A stretch of 64,000 bases of DNA from Spirochaetota bacterium (GTDB taxonomy: Bacteria; Spirochaetota; Brevinematia; DTOW01). Both the position numbers and the translations under genes were made by a program. The first letter of the stretch is position 1. Each line of letters begins with the position of its first letter. The DNA is taken from NCBI GenBank assembly GCA_025061835.1, contig JANXAC010000007.1:17420-81419 (forward strand). Reading direction: 5' to 3'. Of the stretch, positions 9,749 to 20,214 are shown piece after piece. Below the pieces are notes generated by a model. The model searched no databases and had not been told where the DNA came from. It saw only the letters and a list, made by a program, of their open reading frames with translations.

Positions 9749-10237
9749 CTATTTCTCAAGCGTCGCCCTTATCATCCAGGCAGTTTTTTCCTTCCTCTCT
9801 AGTATTTCTGCTAAAAAGTTTGCGGTTGCCTCATCCTTGTTTGAGGATGCTATACCGACATACTCTCTTATGTCTCTTATCATACTCTCGTAATCCGCTA
9901 AAAGGCTCTCTAGCATCTGTCTATCAGTCAAGAACTCTGAAGTCTCTGAAAGTTTGGTTTCTGAAAGGAAGTTTTTCATACTCGCAGGAACTTTCAATCC
10001 TAGTGCTCTAATTCTCTCGGCAACATCATCAATCTCTTCAAATATCTGTTCATATACCTTCTGGAAAAACTCGTGTAATTCCTTAAAGTGAGGTCCTACG
10101 ACATTCCAGTGATAATTCCTAGCCTTAACATACACAACAAAATCATCCGACAGAACCTTGAACAACATTCCCGCTATTTGCTCTCTAACCTTCTCCGATA
10201 GTCCAACGTCCATCTTCTCAACATCTACTTTAATCAT
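9749..10237 (-). CDS. dps: Dps family DNA-protection/ferritin-like protein
   Basis: HWNVVGPHFKELH, IDDVAERIRALG, EKTAWM. Confidence 0.95.
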   Translation of the reverse strand: MIKVDVEKMDVGLSEKVREQIAGMLFKVLSDDFVVYVKARNYHWNVVGPHFKELHEFFQKVYEQIFEEIDDVAERIRALGLKVPASMKNFLSETKLSETSEFLTDRQMLESLLADYESMIRDIREYVGIASSNKDEATANFLAEILERKEKTAWMIRATLEK

Positions 10238-10257
10238 ATGTTCCTCCTATTTGTTTT

Positions 10258-10286
10258 ATAATACTAACTTGTATTGAAAAAGTCAA
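10258..10286 (-). promoter_or_regulatory. Putative sigma70 promoter of dps-dapF
   Basis: Minus strand TTGACT-N17-TATTAT upstream of AGGAGG RBS. Confidence 0.55.
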
Positions 10287-10434
10287 GCAACAGGAACACA
10301 GAAATTAAACTGATCCAACAAAGATTATTTGAACTCCAAAAAGACTAGAAGCAACTTTTGAGAATGATAAGAATTTTTACACATCTCAACACTAGAGGTT
10401 GAAATACCAGACAACACAAAAGTATAATCTTCTT

Positions 10435-12996
10435 ATGAAAGTAAGTGCTAAAAGTGGTGTTTTGGTTTTACTCTTCATCTCAGGTTTTTGCTCACTAGTT
10501 TATCAGGTTTTATTCACAAGACTTTTTAATATCACATTCGGGCTATTCATTCACTCAACGGTGGTAGTAGTTATAACCTATATGCTTGGATTAGCACTCG
10601 GCTACTATCTTTCAAGAAACATATCACCCAAAAACCATCTATCACTCTACGGTTACCTTGAATTGGCTATAGGTATATACGCAATTCTAGTCCTTGCGCT
10701 ATTCAGACCTATTGACAGTCTATACACTATATTAGGAAATAGTATCATTGTGAAGTTTGCCCTATCATCCATCATTCTACTCTTACCTACGATTGCTATG
10801 GGAATAACAATTCCTGTAGTGATTGAATATCTTAAGAAAACTCAAAACCAAGAGATGGTTGGAAAGGTTTATGGTATAAATGCACTCGGTGCTAGTATAG
10901 GGGCTTTCGTTTCATCTGTCGTATTTATAAACCTTCTAGGTATTATACCAACATTTGTAGTTGCGTTTTTATTGAATGTAATAGTATTCGCAGGTGCAAT
11001 ATATCTATCAAAGTCCTATTCTCCTTCTTTTTCAATCGTAAAAAGCGATATAAGATTTGTCAGTATAGGTATAGGTTTTGGATTGGTTGCTTTTCTATAT
11101 GGTTTCTCTGGGATGGCTCTTGAAATACTTTGGTATAGAATGCTAGTCTATTTCGTTGCAAACAACACATTCTCATTCTCAATCATCTTGTCCGTTGTAA
11201 TCCTAGGCATAGCGATAGGCTCACTGATATACAAATCTCTACTAAAAGTATTCAAAAACGACTTCTATCTATTATTCGCAGTATCACTCTTCACAGGATT
11301 ATACACAACTATAACAATCTTGATACTCAACAATTCATACTCAATTATGGGAATCATCTATAACATATTTGGGAATATCGTTTTTGGAATTCTAGGAGAT
11401 ACTAAAGTATCTGAAACTATCACACTAAACCTAACAAGATACTCATTAGTTTTAATTACATCTGGTATAGTCTCGTTATCTTCTGGAATTGTTATTCCTT
11501 CACTATTCAATCTTATTCGTGGTTATGTATCAGAAAACATAACAGCCCAGAGTATCTCGGGGACAATACTTGCAATAAACACGCTTGGTAGTATTTTAGG
11601 TGCGTTCCTAATGACATACCTAATGATACCTAACCTAGGTTTCGGATATAGTGTTTTTGTTATCTCTCTTCTATACATTGGGGCTGGATTTGTAACACTT
11701 GCTACTCTAGGATGTAATAGAGTTCTAGGAATGGTCGGAACAGCGGTTGCTGTTTTAACCTTCATTCTTCCAAAAGATATAACATTCACAAAGTATTATA
11801 ACGGCTTCTTTGACATTAAAGGAGAGTTAAAATTTTACAAGGAAGGGCTGTATGGAACGGTTGCAGTTTTTGATGTTAATAATACAAGATACCTTAAGAT
11901 AAACGGGATTGACGAAGTACCAAATGATTATAACTCTCTGATAGCCTTCAAGGTATTAGGAAACATTCCTTTCCTTTTCTCAAAGTCTCACTCAAACGTG
12001 ATGGTTAATGCTTTGGGAGGCGGAATAACATTGAGTAGTGTTCTACACAACACAGACGCTAAAGTTGAAGTCGTTGATATCTGTCCAGATATTATGGATG
12101 CTTTGGAGTTGTATAAAGACTATAACAACAACATTTTTACAAAAACGAACTGGTTTTTTAATCCAGAGGACGGTAGGAACTTTCTTAAATCATACGAGGA
12201 CACATTTGATATTATCGTTGCGGATGCTACTCATCCTGTATCATCCGAAAGTTGGATGCTATTCACAAAGGAGTTTTATGAACTTGCTTATTCCAAACTC
12301 TCCAAAGATGGCGTTTTCGCTCAATGGATACCAATCCACAACCTTGAGACCTACGATTATGTATCAATACTGAAAACGATAAGAAGCGTATTCAGTAATT
12401 CAATATTACTTATAACTGGTGTATATACCGTTGTAGTAGCGAAGAAGGTAGAATTCAATGGAGAGTTCTCGGACATTAATTTTGATGACATTATGAAACT
12501 AGGTATAGGTAGAGAAGATTTGAAATCTTTAATATTCTTGTCTCCCCAACTATTCACTGAACTCGTTGATAGCGAAGAAGGTGAGATATTGAGTGACTAT
12601 AAATCTTCCGTTGAGTTTGCGGAATTCCATAGAAGAGTAATTGAAGATACGAAACCAAAAAATCTTGAGTTAATACTCAAGTATTCAGACTACAAGAGAC
12701 TTTCAGAATTCACTGGTCTAGATCAAAAAAAGCATCAGAGTATGATACTTGCAAAGAAAGCACTCGTTGATTATCAAAGGAAATTACACTATGAAGCACT
12801 CAAAAAGATGGACGAAGGTATCAGGTTGAACAGTGAAAACTTCTACATAAAATTTCTATTCGCACAAGTCTTCCCAGAGTTTGTCCAGTTCGTTAGAAGC
12901 AATGAAAAGCATATAAGAGAAGTGTATGGCGATAGCACATATTACGAACTCGTTAGGTATATCCAACAAAAAGTCAAAGAGATAGGTAGGGAATAA
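10435..12996 (+). CDS. Fused multi-TM (MFS-like)/spermidine-synthase-like protein
   Basis: About 13 hydrophobic segments (SGFCSLVYQV, FSGMALEILWYR), then NALGGG, VVDICP, EDGRNFL, DIIVADATHP, LFTKEFY; alternative TTG start at 10399. Confidence 0.8.
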   Translation: MKVSAKSGVLVLLFISGFCSLVYQVLFTRLFNITFGLFIHSTVVVVITYMLGLALGYYLSRNISPKNHLSLYGYLELAIGIYAILVLALFRPIDSLYTILGNSIIVKFALSSIILLLPTIAMGITIPVVIEYLKKTQNQEMVGKVYGINALGASIGAFVSSVVFINLLGIIPTFVVAFLLNVIVFAGAIYLSKSYSPSFSIVKSDIRFVSIGIGFGLVAFLYGFSGMALEILWYRMLVYFVANNTFSFSIILSVVILGIAIGSLIYKSLLKVFKNDFYLLFAVSLFTGLYTTITILILNNSYSIMGIIYNIFGNIVFGILGDTKVSETITLNLTRYSLVLITSGIVSLSSGIVIPSLFNLIRGYVSENITAQSISGTILAINTLGSILGAFLMTYLMIPNLGFGYSVFVISLLYIGAGFVTLATLGCNRVLGMVGTAVAVLTFILPKDITFTKYYNGFFDIKGELKFYKEGLYGTVAVFDVNNTRYLKINGIDEVPNDYNSLIAFKVLGNIPFLFSKSHSNVMVNALGGGITLSSVLHNTDAKVEVVDICPDIMDALELYKDYNNNIFTKTNWFFNPEDGRNFLKSYEDTFDIIVADATHPVSSESWMLFTKEFYELAYSKLSKDGVFAQWIPIHNLETYDYVSILKTIRSVFSNSILLITGVYTVVVAKKVEFNGEFSDINFDDIMKLGIGREDLKSLIFLSPQLFTELVDSEEGEILSDYKSSVEFAEFHRRVIEDTKPKNLELILKYSDYKRLSEFTGLDQKKHQSMILAKKALVDYQRKLHYEALKKMDEGIRLNSENFYIKFLFAQVFPEFVQFVRSNEKHIREVYGDSTYYELVRYIQQKVKEIGRE

Positions 12997-13166
12997 CTCT
13001 CAATTTTCAATAAAGTCAATTTTTGGATCACTAACTAAAACACTTTGCCATTCCAGTTCAATTCACTTAGTGTTTAGTTTAATAGAAAAATAAGGTTTTA
13101 GAACCAAAATTAGTTGAAAGAGATTGCGCTTGACATTTAACCTAATCCTCAAAATGAGGAAAAAAT

Positions 13167-14765
13167 ATGGGAAGCAAGGTAAAGATTTTGTGTGCTGATG
13201 GTTTTTCAAAAGCAGGATTGGAAATACTTTCATATTACGAGAATATATCTGTTACGGTTAATGAAAAAACCTCAAAGGAGGAACTTATATCTCAAATCCC
13301 TGACTACGATGTTCTAGTAGTTAGGAGTGCTACCAAAGTTGATAAAGATGTAATTGACGCTAGTAAGAAACTTAAGATAATAGCCAGAGCAGGAGTTGGT
13401 CTTGACACTATTGATGTTAATTACGCTACTCAAAAGGGGATAATAGTAATGAACTCACCAACAGGAAATGTGATATCCACCGCAGAACATGCTCTTGCTC
13501 TTCTTTTCTCAATAGCAAGGAAAATTCCTTTCGCACACATCTCAACTGTTAATGGAGGTTGGGATAGAAAATCATTCAGAGGTGTTGAACTCTATAGGAA
13601 AAAGATAGGTATAGTAGGGCTTGGAAAGATCGGAACAGAAGTTGCCAAAAGATGTATAGCACTAGGTATGGAAGTTCTAGCTTACGACCCATTCGTAACA
13701 GATGAGAGAGCATCACAACTAGGTGTAAAATTATGTTCGCTTGAAGAGATATATAAAGAGTCTGACTTCATAACATTCCATGTTCCGCTATCCGAACAAA
13801 CTAAAAATATGGTCACAAAGAAAGAGATTGAGATGATGAAACCTAGTGTTAGGATAATAAACTGCGCAAGAGGAGGTATAATAAACGAGAAAGACCTTGC
13901 TGATGCTTTGAATTCCGGTAGAATAGCAGGTGCTGCGATTGATGTCTTCTCCACAGAACCACCAGTAAATAATCCTCTAATTGGTGCGAAAAACTGTATT
14001 GTCGTTCCTCACCTAGGTGCATCAACAGAAGAAGCACAGGAGAATGTCTCAATAGAGATAGCAGAGTCTATTATAAAGTTCTTCAAAGATGAAGTTATCA
14101 TAAACGCTGTCAATATGCCATCAATAAGCCTACAGAAATATAAAGAACTCAAGTCCTTCATAGACATGGGTGAGACTGTCGGAAAGATAATATCTCAACT
14201 ATCCGATGGTGGTGTATTACAGATAGTCGTATCTTATTCAGGACACATAGTTGAAGACCCAGTACAAATAATTACAAGAGCAGTCGCTAAAGGTTTTATG
14301 GAAAAGATAGTTGGTGACGAAACTGTCAATTTTGTAAATTCACTACTCTACCTTGAAGCAAGAGGAATAAAACTGACTGAAACGAAAGAGGATGAAGCAT
14401 TTTCAGTATTTTCAAACCTCATAAAAGTTTCACTTATAACCAAAACCAAGAAAGTTGAGATTTGGTATACAGTATATCCTAACAATGATGCAAAGATAGT
14501 TAGAATAGACAATTACTATCTTGAACTGAACCCAACAGAAAACATGCTATTTGTAAGAAACTATGACAAACCCGGAGTGATAGGTTTTCTCGGTGTTGTG
14601 TTAGGAGATGCCGGTATAAACATAGGAGAGATGAAGGTTACGAGGGCAAGGAGAGGTGAAAAGGCACTTACAATAATAACACTAGACTCCGAAGCACCAA
14701 AGGAGATACTAGACAAAATATCTTCACATCCAGACATAATTGAGGTTAGAAAAGTAACACTTTAG
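13167..14765 (+). CDS. serA: D-3-phosphoglycerate dehydrogenase (with ACT domain)
   Basis: RAGVGLD, GLGKIG, NCARGG, PHLGASTEEAQ, C-terminal DKPGVIG. Confidence 0.95.
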   Translation: MGSKVKILCADGFSKAGLEILSYYENISVTVNEKTSKEELISQIPDYDVLVVRSATKVDKDVIDASKKLKIIARAGVGLDTIDVNYATQKGIIVMNSPTGNVISTAEHALALLFSIARKIPFAHISTVNGGWDRKSFRGVELYRKKIGIVGLGKIGTEVAKRCIALGMEVLAYDPFVTDERASQLGVKLCSLEEIYKESDFITFHVPLSEQTKNMVTKKEIEMMKPSVRIINCARGGIINEKDLADALNSGRIAGAAIDVFSTEPPVNNPLIGAKNCIVVPHLGASTEEAQENVSIEIAESIIKFFKDEVIINAVNMPSISLQKYKELKSFIDMGETVGKIISQLSDGGVLQIVVSYSGHIVEDPVQIITRAVAKGFMEKIVGDETVNFVNSLLYLEARGIKLTETKEDEAFSVFSNLIKVSLITKTKKVEIWYTVYPNNDAKIVRIDNYYLELNPTENMLFVRNYDKPGVIGFLGVVLGDAGINIGEMKVTRARRGEKALTIITLDSEAPKEILDKISSHPDIIEVRKVTL

Positions 14766-16463
14766 ATGAAACTTTTTATAGTTGAATCTCCTGCCAAAGC
14801 AAGGACAATCAAATCATACCTAGGCAAGGAATATATAGTTCTAGCAACCAAGGGGCATATAAAGGACCTACCTCAAAAAGAAATGGGCATTGACATCAAA
14901 ACACTTGAACCAAAGTATGTTATACTCCCCGGCAGGAGAAAAGTCATCTCATATATAATCAAGGTAGCAAAAAATTCTGAAACTATATTTCTAGCGTCAG
15001 ACAAGGATAGAGAAGGTGAGATCATTTCTTTTCACTTAAAAGAGATACTCTCAAGGTATGTCAAGGACATAAAAAGAATTGAATTTACTGAAGTTACCAA
15101 GAATGGAATACTTAATAGTTTGAAAACCCCAAGAGATATAAATATGAGCCTGGTAAATGCTCAGAAGACACGCCGTGTGCTTGATAGAATTGTAGGATAT
15201 GTTCTATCACCTATACTATACAGAAACCTCAAGAACGAGTATAAAGACGCATCGCTTTCAGCAGGTAGAGTTCAATCACCAGCACTGAGGCTTATATGTG
15301 AAAGAGAGTTAGATATAAAAAACTTTAAACAAACTCACTACTACGAGGTTATCATACATTGCGACAAGGACGGTAAAAAATATTATCTGAAACTTATAAG
15401 CGAGAAAGTAAATGGAAGAGAGATAAAATTCTCTCCCACCAACAGGATAGATGAGGGAAAACTCAAGGAGATAAAAGAAAATTTTAACAGAGATAGAGTA
15501 GAAGTAGTCTCGTTCAAAAGATATGACGATTACATAAAGCCACTACCTCCATTCAAGACAAGCACACTCCAACAGGACGCATCAGCAAAATTATCCTTCT
15601 CTCCTTCCAAAACTATGAAGATAGCACAAGAATTGTATGAGGGGATGAATATTGACGGTGAGTTTGTTGGACTTATTACATACATGAGAACAGACTCTGT
15701 AAGAATATCAGATTACGCTTTAAAAAGAACGAGAGAGTTTATAAGGGATAGGATAGGTCCAGAATATCTACCACCAACCCCAAGAATATACGAGAGCAGT
15801 AGTCCTAACGAGCAAGGAGCACACGAGTGTATAAGACCTACAGATATCTATAGAGTCCCTACTTTGCTAAAAAACAAGATACCAGAAGACCACTACAGAC
15901 TGTATGACCTTATTTGGAGAAGGTTTCTCGCAAGTCAGATGAAAGATGCAGTTCTTTCAGTTTTAGAAGTTCTAGCGAGTGATGGAAAGTATTATTTCTT
16001 TGGTATTTCAAAAAGATTAGTAGAAGAACATTTTATGAAGTTCTATCCACATAGTGTTCCAGAAGATGTCTTCCTACCGATCCTAGAAAAAGGAGAAAGG
16101 ATCAAGGTATTAGACCTAGAAGCAGTTAAGAGAAAAACTCAACCACCACCAAGATACACCGAAGCAACACTCATAAAGAAACTAGAAGATGAAGGCATAG
16201 GAAGACCCTCAACCTACGCTACAATCGTATCCACATTATTAGCAAGAAAGTATGTTGTGAAGGAAAACAAATCTCTAGTACCAACAGAACTAGGTTTCAA
16301 AGTTTATGAATTTCTAAAGTTTAACTATCCAACTGTTATTGACCTAAAACTTACATCAAGAATGGAAGAAACACTTGACAAGATTGAAAACGACCAAGAA
16401 AAGGATTGGAAAAAAGCATTGCTAGATATGATAAGAGAAATAAAAGTTCCATTTGAGATTTAA
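14766..16463 (+). CDS. topA: Type IA DNA topoisomerase, compact (no C-terminal Zn ribbons)
   Basis: IVESPAKA TOPRIM, DKDREGE, SAGRVQS, catalytic ITYMRTDS, GIGRPSTYA. Confidence 0.93.
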   Translation: MKLFIVESPAKARTIKSYLGKEYIVLATKGHIKDLPQKEMGIDIKTLEPKYVILPGRRKVISYIIKVAKNSETIFLASDKDREGEIISFHLKEILSRYVKDIKRIEFTEVTKNGILNSLKTPRDINMSLVNAQKTRRVLDRIVGYVLSPILYRNLKNEYKDASLSAGRVQSPALRLICERELDIKNFKQTHYYEVIIHCDKDGKKYYLKLISEKVNGREIKFSPTNRIDEGKLKEIKENFNRDRVEVVSFKRYDDYIKPLPPFKTSTLQQDASAKLSFSPSKTMKIAQELYEGMNIDGEFVGLITYMRTDSVRISDYALKRTREFIRDRIGPEYLPPTPRIYESSSPNEQGAHECIRPTDIYRVPTLLKNKIPEDHYRLYDLIWRRFLASQMKDAVLSVLEVLASDGKYYFFGISKRLVEEHFMKFYPHSVPEDVFLPILEKGERIKVLDLEAVKRKTQPPPRYTEATLIKKLEDEGIGRPSTYATIVSTLLARKYVVKENKSLVPTELGFKVYEFLKFNYPTVIDLKLTSRMEETLDKIENDQEKDWKKALLDMIREIKVPFEI

Positions 16464-16674
16464 CAAATACTCGCAAATTTTCATCTAAAATGCTCCATAA
16501 ATCTAGTATTACACTAATCAAAGTTTCCAAAAAAGAACCAGTAAATTCATCGCTAGTTATAGGAAATACTTATCCTCAACTGGTTTGAAAAAGCATACAA
16601 AATTCCTAGTTCATAAAAGACCCAGTAAAATGACAAGATAAGTGTATAGAACTCAATCGCACTATTTACCAGAT

Positions 16675-17832
16675 TTAGATTAAAACAACATGTGGCACCT
16701 TGTACCCATTGAATGGAGCAGAATAAACAGTAGTGTAAGCACCGGCAGATAGTATACAAACTATATCTCCAACATCAGGTTCTGGTAGAGATATGCTTTT
16801 TACTATCACATCCATACTATCGCAGGAAGGACCTCCTATATTCCAGATTTTCTCCCTTCTTCTTGAGTTAGTTTTGAAGAGATACTTGATACCGCCAAGT
16901 GTTTCCATAAGACCGTTGAAGACACCCACATCAAGGTATAGCCAGTTTTCCTTAGTTCTACAAGCTTTACCTACAACTCTTGAAACTATTATTCCTGCTT
17001 CACCAACAATCCTTCTACCAGGTTCCATCTGTAAAATTAGTTTATCGTAATTATCAAATACATTCAATGCTTCATAAACCACCTTACTAAACTCAGAGAT
17101 GCTAACCGAAGTGCTTGTGTAATCAATAGGAAATCCACCACCTATGTTTAGAAGTGTCATCTCCACACCATATTTTCTCGCAATATCAAAGACCCTTTTG
17201 GAAGCAAATATAGCATTTTTAATACTATTAACAGAATTATTCTGCGAACCTGCGTGAAAAGTAAGACCTACGAGATTTATCTTCCTCCTAACTGCATAAG
17301 AAATTATGTCTTCTATTTCATCTTCAAGAACCCCAAACTTACCACTGAGTGGCCAAGAACTCTCGGGATTATCTATCTCAAGTCTTACATAAACATTCGC
17401 ATTAGGAAAGAGATATTTTATCTTATCTATCTCTTCTTTTGAATCAACGCAAAGGTAGTTTATACCAACCTGCCTACAAACCTCTATAAACTCTGGTGGT
17501 TTTACAGGATTACTCGTTATCATCCTATTACCACCTACACCGAGTTCTATGAGTTTAACAACTTCAGAAACTGATGATACTTCAAAGTTTGAACCGACAC
17601 CTGCCAATACTTCCAAAACTTCTGAAGCATCGTTCGCTTTCACAGCATAATATACTTTAAAACTCGGGAAGAATTTAACGAGTTCATAATACTTACGCTT
17701 TATGGTGTATGAATCCATCAGTAGAAAAGGTGTTTTATGTTCTTCAATAAGTCTTGGTACTAACCTTCTAACTTTAGTAAATACCTTTTCAGAGAATATT
17801 TCTGTTTTTGCATCTTTGCGTATTCTTCTCAT
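16675..17832 (-). CDS. Fold-type III PLP ornithine/lysine decarboxylase
   Basis: YYAVKAN, KFG, FHAGSQ, NIGGGF, EPGR, GPSCDSMD, GAYT. Confidence 0.88.
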   Translation of the reverse strand: MRRIRKDAKTEIFSEKVFTKVRRLVPRLIEEHKTPFLLMDSYTIKRKYYELVKFFPSFKVYYAVKANDASEVLEVLAGVGSNFEVSSVSEVVKLIELGVGGNRMITSNPVKPPEFIEVCRQVGINYLCVDSKEEIDKIKYLFPNANVYVRLEIDNPESSWPLSGKFGVLEDEIEDIISYAVRRKINLVGLTFHAGSQNNSVNSIKNAIFASKRVFDIARKYGVEMTLLNIGGGFPIDYTSTSVSISEFSKVVYEALNVFDNYDKLILQMEPGRRIVGEAGIIVSRVVGKACRTKENWLYLDVGVFNGLMETLGGIKYLFKTNSRRREKIWNIGGPSCDSMDVIVKSISLPEPDVGDIVCILSAGAYTTVYSAPFNGYKVPHVVLI

Positions 17833-18127
17833 CTAAACTATACCTCACAATTTGCGTAGAAATATAAATAGCTAAAATCACCAATTTCAAATAAAATAGA
17901 GAGTATTCAAAATAAAAACCTAACCTAAAAACTAATCCTAAATTCTTCCTCTTTCCTAGAAACTCCACTCTCAACTCAAATACCATCTAGTTTATCCTAC
18001 GAATGCTACCAACAATACTCAATTATCACACAAAAAATTTTAGACCCTATTGATACCCCCTCAATTGTTTGAAATTGTAAGAGCTAATTTTATAGAATTA
18101 CTTTTACACTTACATAGGGAGAAGTTT

Positions 18128-18472
18128 ATGAGAGTGGTTTATTCAGTTCCTTCTAGAAGAAGGAGAAAGAAAATACTAAAGTCAGTCAAAGGGCATAGAG
18201 GTGCTAGAAACAAGAGATACAGAGCTGCTAAAGAGTCACTTATGCATGCTTTACAATATGCCTGGGAACACAGAAGATTAAGAAAGAGAGAATTTAGAAA
18301 ACTCTGGATAATACGAATAAACAATGCTGTTAGGGAGTATGGATTATCATATAGCAAGTTTATGGGACTTTTGAAGAAAAAAGGAATATCCATCAACAGA
18401 AAAGCTCTCTCAAACATGGCTATTGAGGATAAGTCCGCTTTCAAGAAACTTGTAGAAACAGTTATGAAGTAA
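18128..18472 (+). CDS. rplT: 50S ribosomal protein L20
   Basis: RRRRKKILK, YAWEHRRLRKREFRKLWIIRIN, INRKALSNMA; ATG 18128 after AGGGAG. Confidence 0.95.
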   Translation: MRVVYSVPSRRRRKKILKSVKGHRGARNKRYRAAKESLMHALQYAWEHRRLRKREFRKLWIIRINNAVREYGLSYSKFMGLLKKKGISINRKALSNMAIEDKSAFKKLVETVMK

Positions 18473-18484
18473 AAGGAGGTATCT

Positions 18485-18847
18485 ATGTCAAACCTTATTG
18501 ATTATGTCAATAATAAGTTCAGACCGAGTAAGGATTATGACGATTTTAGAGTGGGTGATCAAGTTAGAGTTCATCAAATAATAAAAGAAGCCGACGGTAA
18601 AGATAGAATACAGATATTTGAAGGACTTGTTATATCAATAAGAGGAAGTGGTCTCTCAAAAACATTTACAGTTAGAAAGGTATCTTACGGAGTTGGGGTT
18701 GAAAAAATATTTCCATACTACTCTCCACTGATTGCAAAAGTAGAAGTTGTAAGAAGGTTCAAAGTAAGAAGAGCAAAACTATACTACCTTAGGGAAAAAG
18801 TAGGTAAAGAAGCCAAAATGAAAGAGATAAAGATAACTAAAAAATAG
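18485..18847 (+). CDS. rplS: 50S ribosomal protein L19
   Basis: [43 protein letters not shown]. Confidence 0.97.
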   Translation: MSNLIDYVNNKFRPSKDYDDFRVGDQVRVHQIIKEADGKDRIQIFEGLVISIRGSGLSKTFTVRKVSYGVGVEKIFPYYSPLIAKVEVVRRFKVRRAKLYYLREKVGKEAKMKEIKITKK

Positions 18848-18880
18848 ATTTGAATCTTTTACCCAAAAGATTTCTATGAT

Positions 18881-19747
18881 CTACTTGAGTTCCATGTAGG
18901 GCTCTGACAAATAGGATTTTTTGACAACTTTCAACACATCAATCTCATTTACAGGCGACAGTTCAGTTATCCCTGAGAGTCTAACAAACCTATCGTATGT
19001 TCTCAGCTTGACTATCATATTCTTGTATTTTTCATCTATCACTTTATCAACTATCACTATAAGCCTGATGTTAGTTTTCATATACTTTTCAAGAACTTCT
19101 TCCTCTTTTGTTGCTGTAAATATATCAGTTTGAGTGTTTAGGTCAGGTGCTATCACAAAATTCAACTTATTGACCTTCTCAACGAATAGTGCAACAGCCT
19201 CTGAATGTAGAAAGAATTTCTGTAGATAATTACTATCATTAGCATTTGTAAGTGTTACTATCATAATCCCTCTTTCAGAGGAATAAAAAGGTATTTCTGC
19301 CTTTTTGTCTATGTAAGTCTTTAGCTTATTCCATTTTTCAAAGGTTATATCTTCATTATACCTTAGGACAATCTGATTCTTTGAAACTATCTCAGTTGCA
19401 GACAATACAAATCTCTTCCTCTTACTAAGCCTGTTTGCATCATCTATCGCCGATATATACCTGTCAAAGTCTATAAAACTCTTTATGTAAGTAGGAGGAC
19501 GATACTTGTCAGGGAAGTTGCTAGATAGTTTTGCTAGCAAAAGTTCGGAAAACACTATATCAACTTCCTTTATATTGTTCCTAGATAGTATTTCATAGTG
19601 AGACTGGTCAAAAGTAGTTCCTTGAAATATCTTTATATCTGACTTTGTTAATCTATCTTCAAAATATATGTCCTTAGCATATATGAGAGGAACGCTGTCC
19701 TCATACTTCTCCTTCAAAGTTATCAATTCGTCTATTGATACTTTCAT
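18881..19747 (-). CDS. Hypothetical protein
   Basis: 288-aa ORF with genome-typical composition; no firm family. Confidence 0.7.
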   Translation of the reverse strand: MKVSIDELITLKEKYEDSVPLIYAKDIYFEDRLTKSDIKIFQGTTFDQSHYEILSRNNIKEVDIVFSELLLAKLSSNFPDKYRPPTYIKSFIDFDRYISAIDDANRLSKRKRFVLSATEIVSKNQIVLRYNEDITFEKWNKLKTYIDKKAEIPFYSSERGIMIVTLTNANDSNYLQKFFLHSEAVALFVEKVNKLNFVIAPDLNTQTDIFTATKEEEVLEKYMKTNIRLIVIVDKVIDEKYKNMIVKLRTYDRFVRLSGITELSPVNEIDVLKVVKKSYLSEPYMELK

Positions 19748-19844
19748 ACATACTTAATTTTATACAAACTTTTGACTACTTGACAATTTTACATCTGCAC
19801 AAAATTGTAAAAACCCAAAAGAATTATTCACTATCATATCAAAT

Positions 19845-20210
19845 ATGATAAGATTAGGAGTCGATGTATCTGACATATCCAGGGTAAAGGAGTTTTATGA
19901 AAGGAAAGGTGAGAAGTTTATTGATAGGATTTTAACACCTAAAGAGAAGGAATATGTTATGAAGCACGAAAAGTTCTTACTCAATCTTGCTGGTAGGTTT
20001 GCTGGTAAGGAAGCATTCTTTAAAGCACTGGGAACTGGTATTATAAACTTCAAAGAGGTTGAGATTCTCAACGAACAATCAGGAAGACCATACATAAACC
20101 TATACGGGAAAACAAAGGAGATATTTGATTCTCTAAAAGCTAAAAACATTGAAATATCAATATCACATACAGAATTGGTAGCAGTTTCTGTCGTTGTAAT
20201 TGAGATATAA
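19845..20210 (+). CDS. acpS: Holo-ACP synthase
   Basis: LGVDV, RFAGKEAFFKALGTG, SGRP, ISISH. Confidence 0.95.
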   Translation: MIRLGVDVSDISRVKEFYERKGEKFIDRILTPKEKEYVMKHEKFLLNLAGRFAGKEAFFKALGTGIINFKEVEILNEQSGRPYINLYGKTKEIFDSLKAKNIEISISHTELVAVSVVVIEI

Positions 20211-20214
20211 TTAT

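Noticed and set aside
2960-10286. Shared TTATAATA...AAAAAGTCAA motif upstream of tusA and dps as a PerR/Fur box
   Set aside because: Explained by sigma70 -10/-35 consensus on the minus strand; the second half of the Per box is poorly matched
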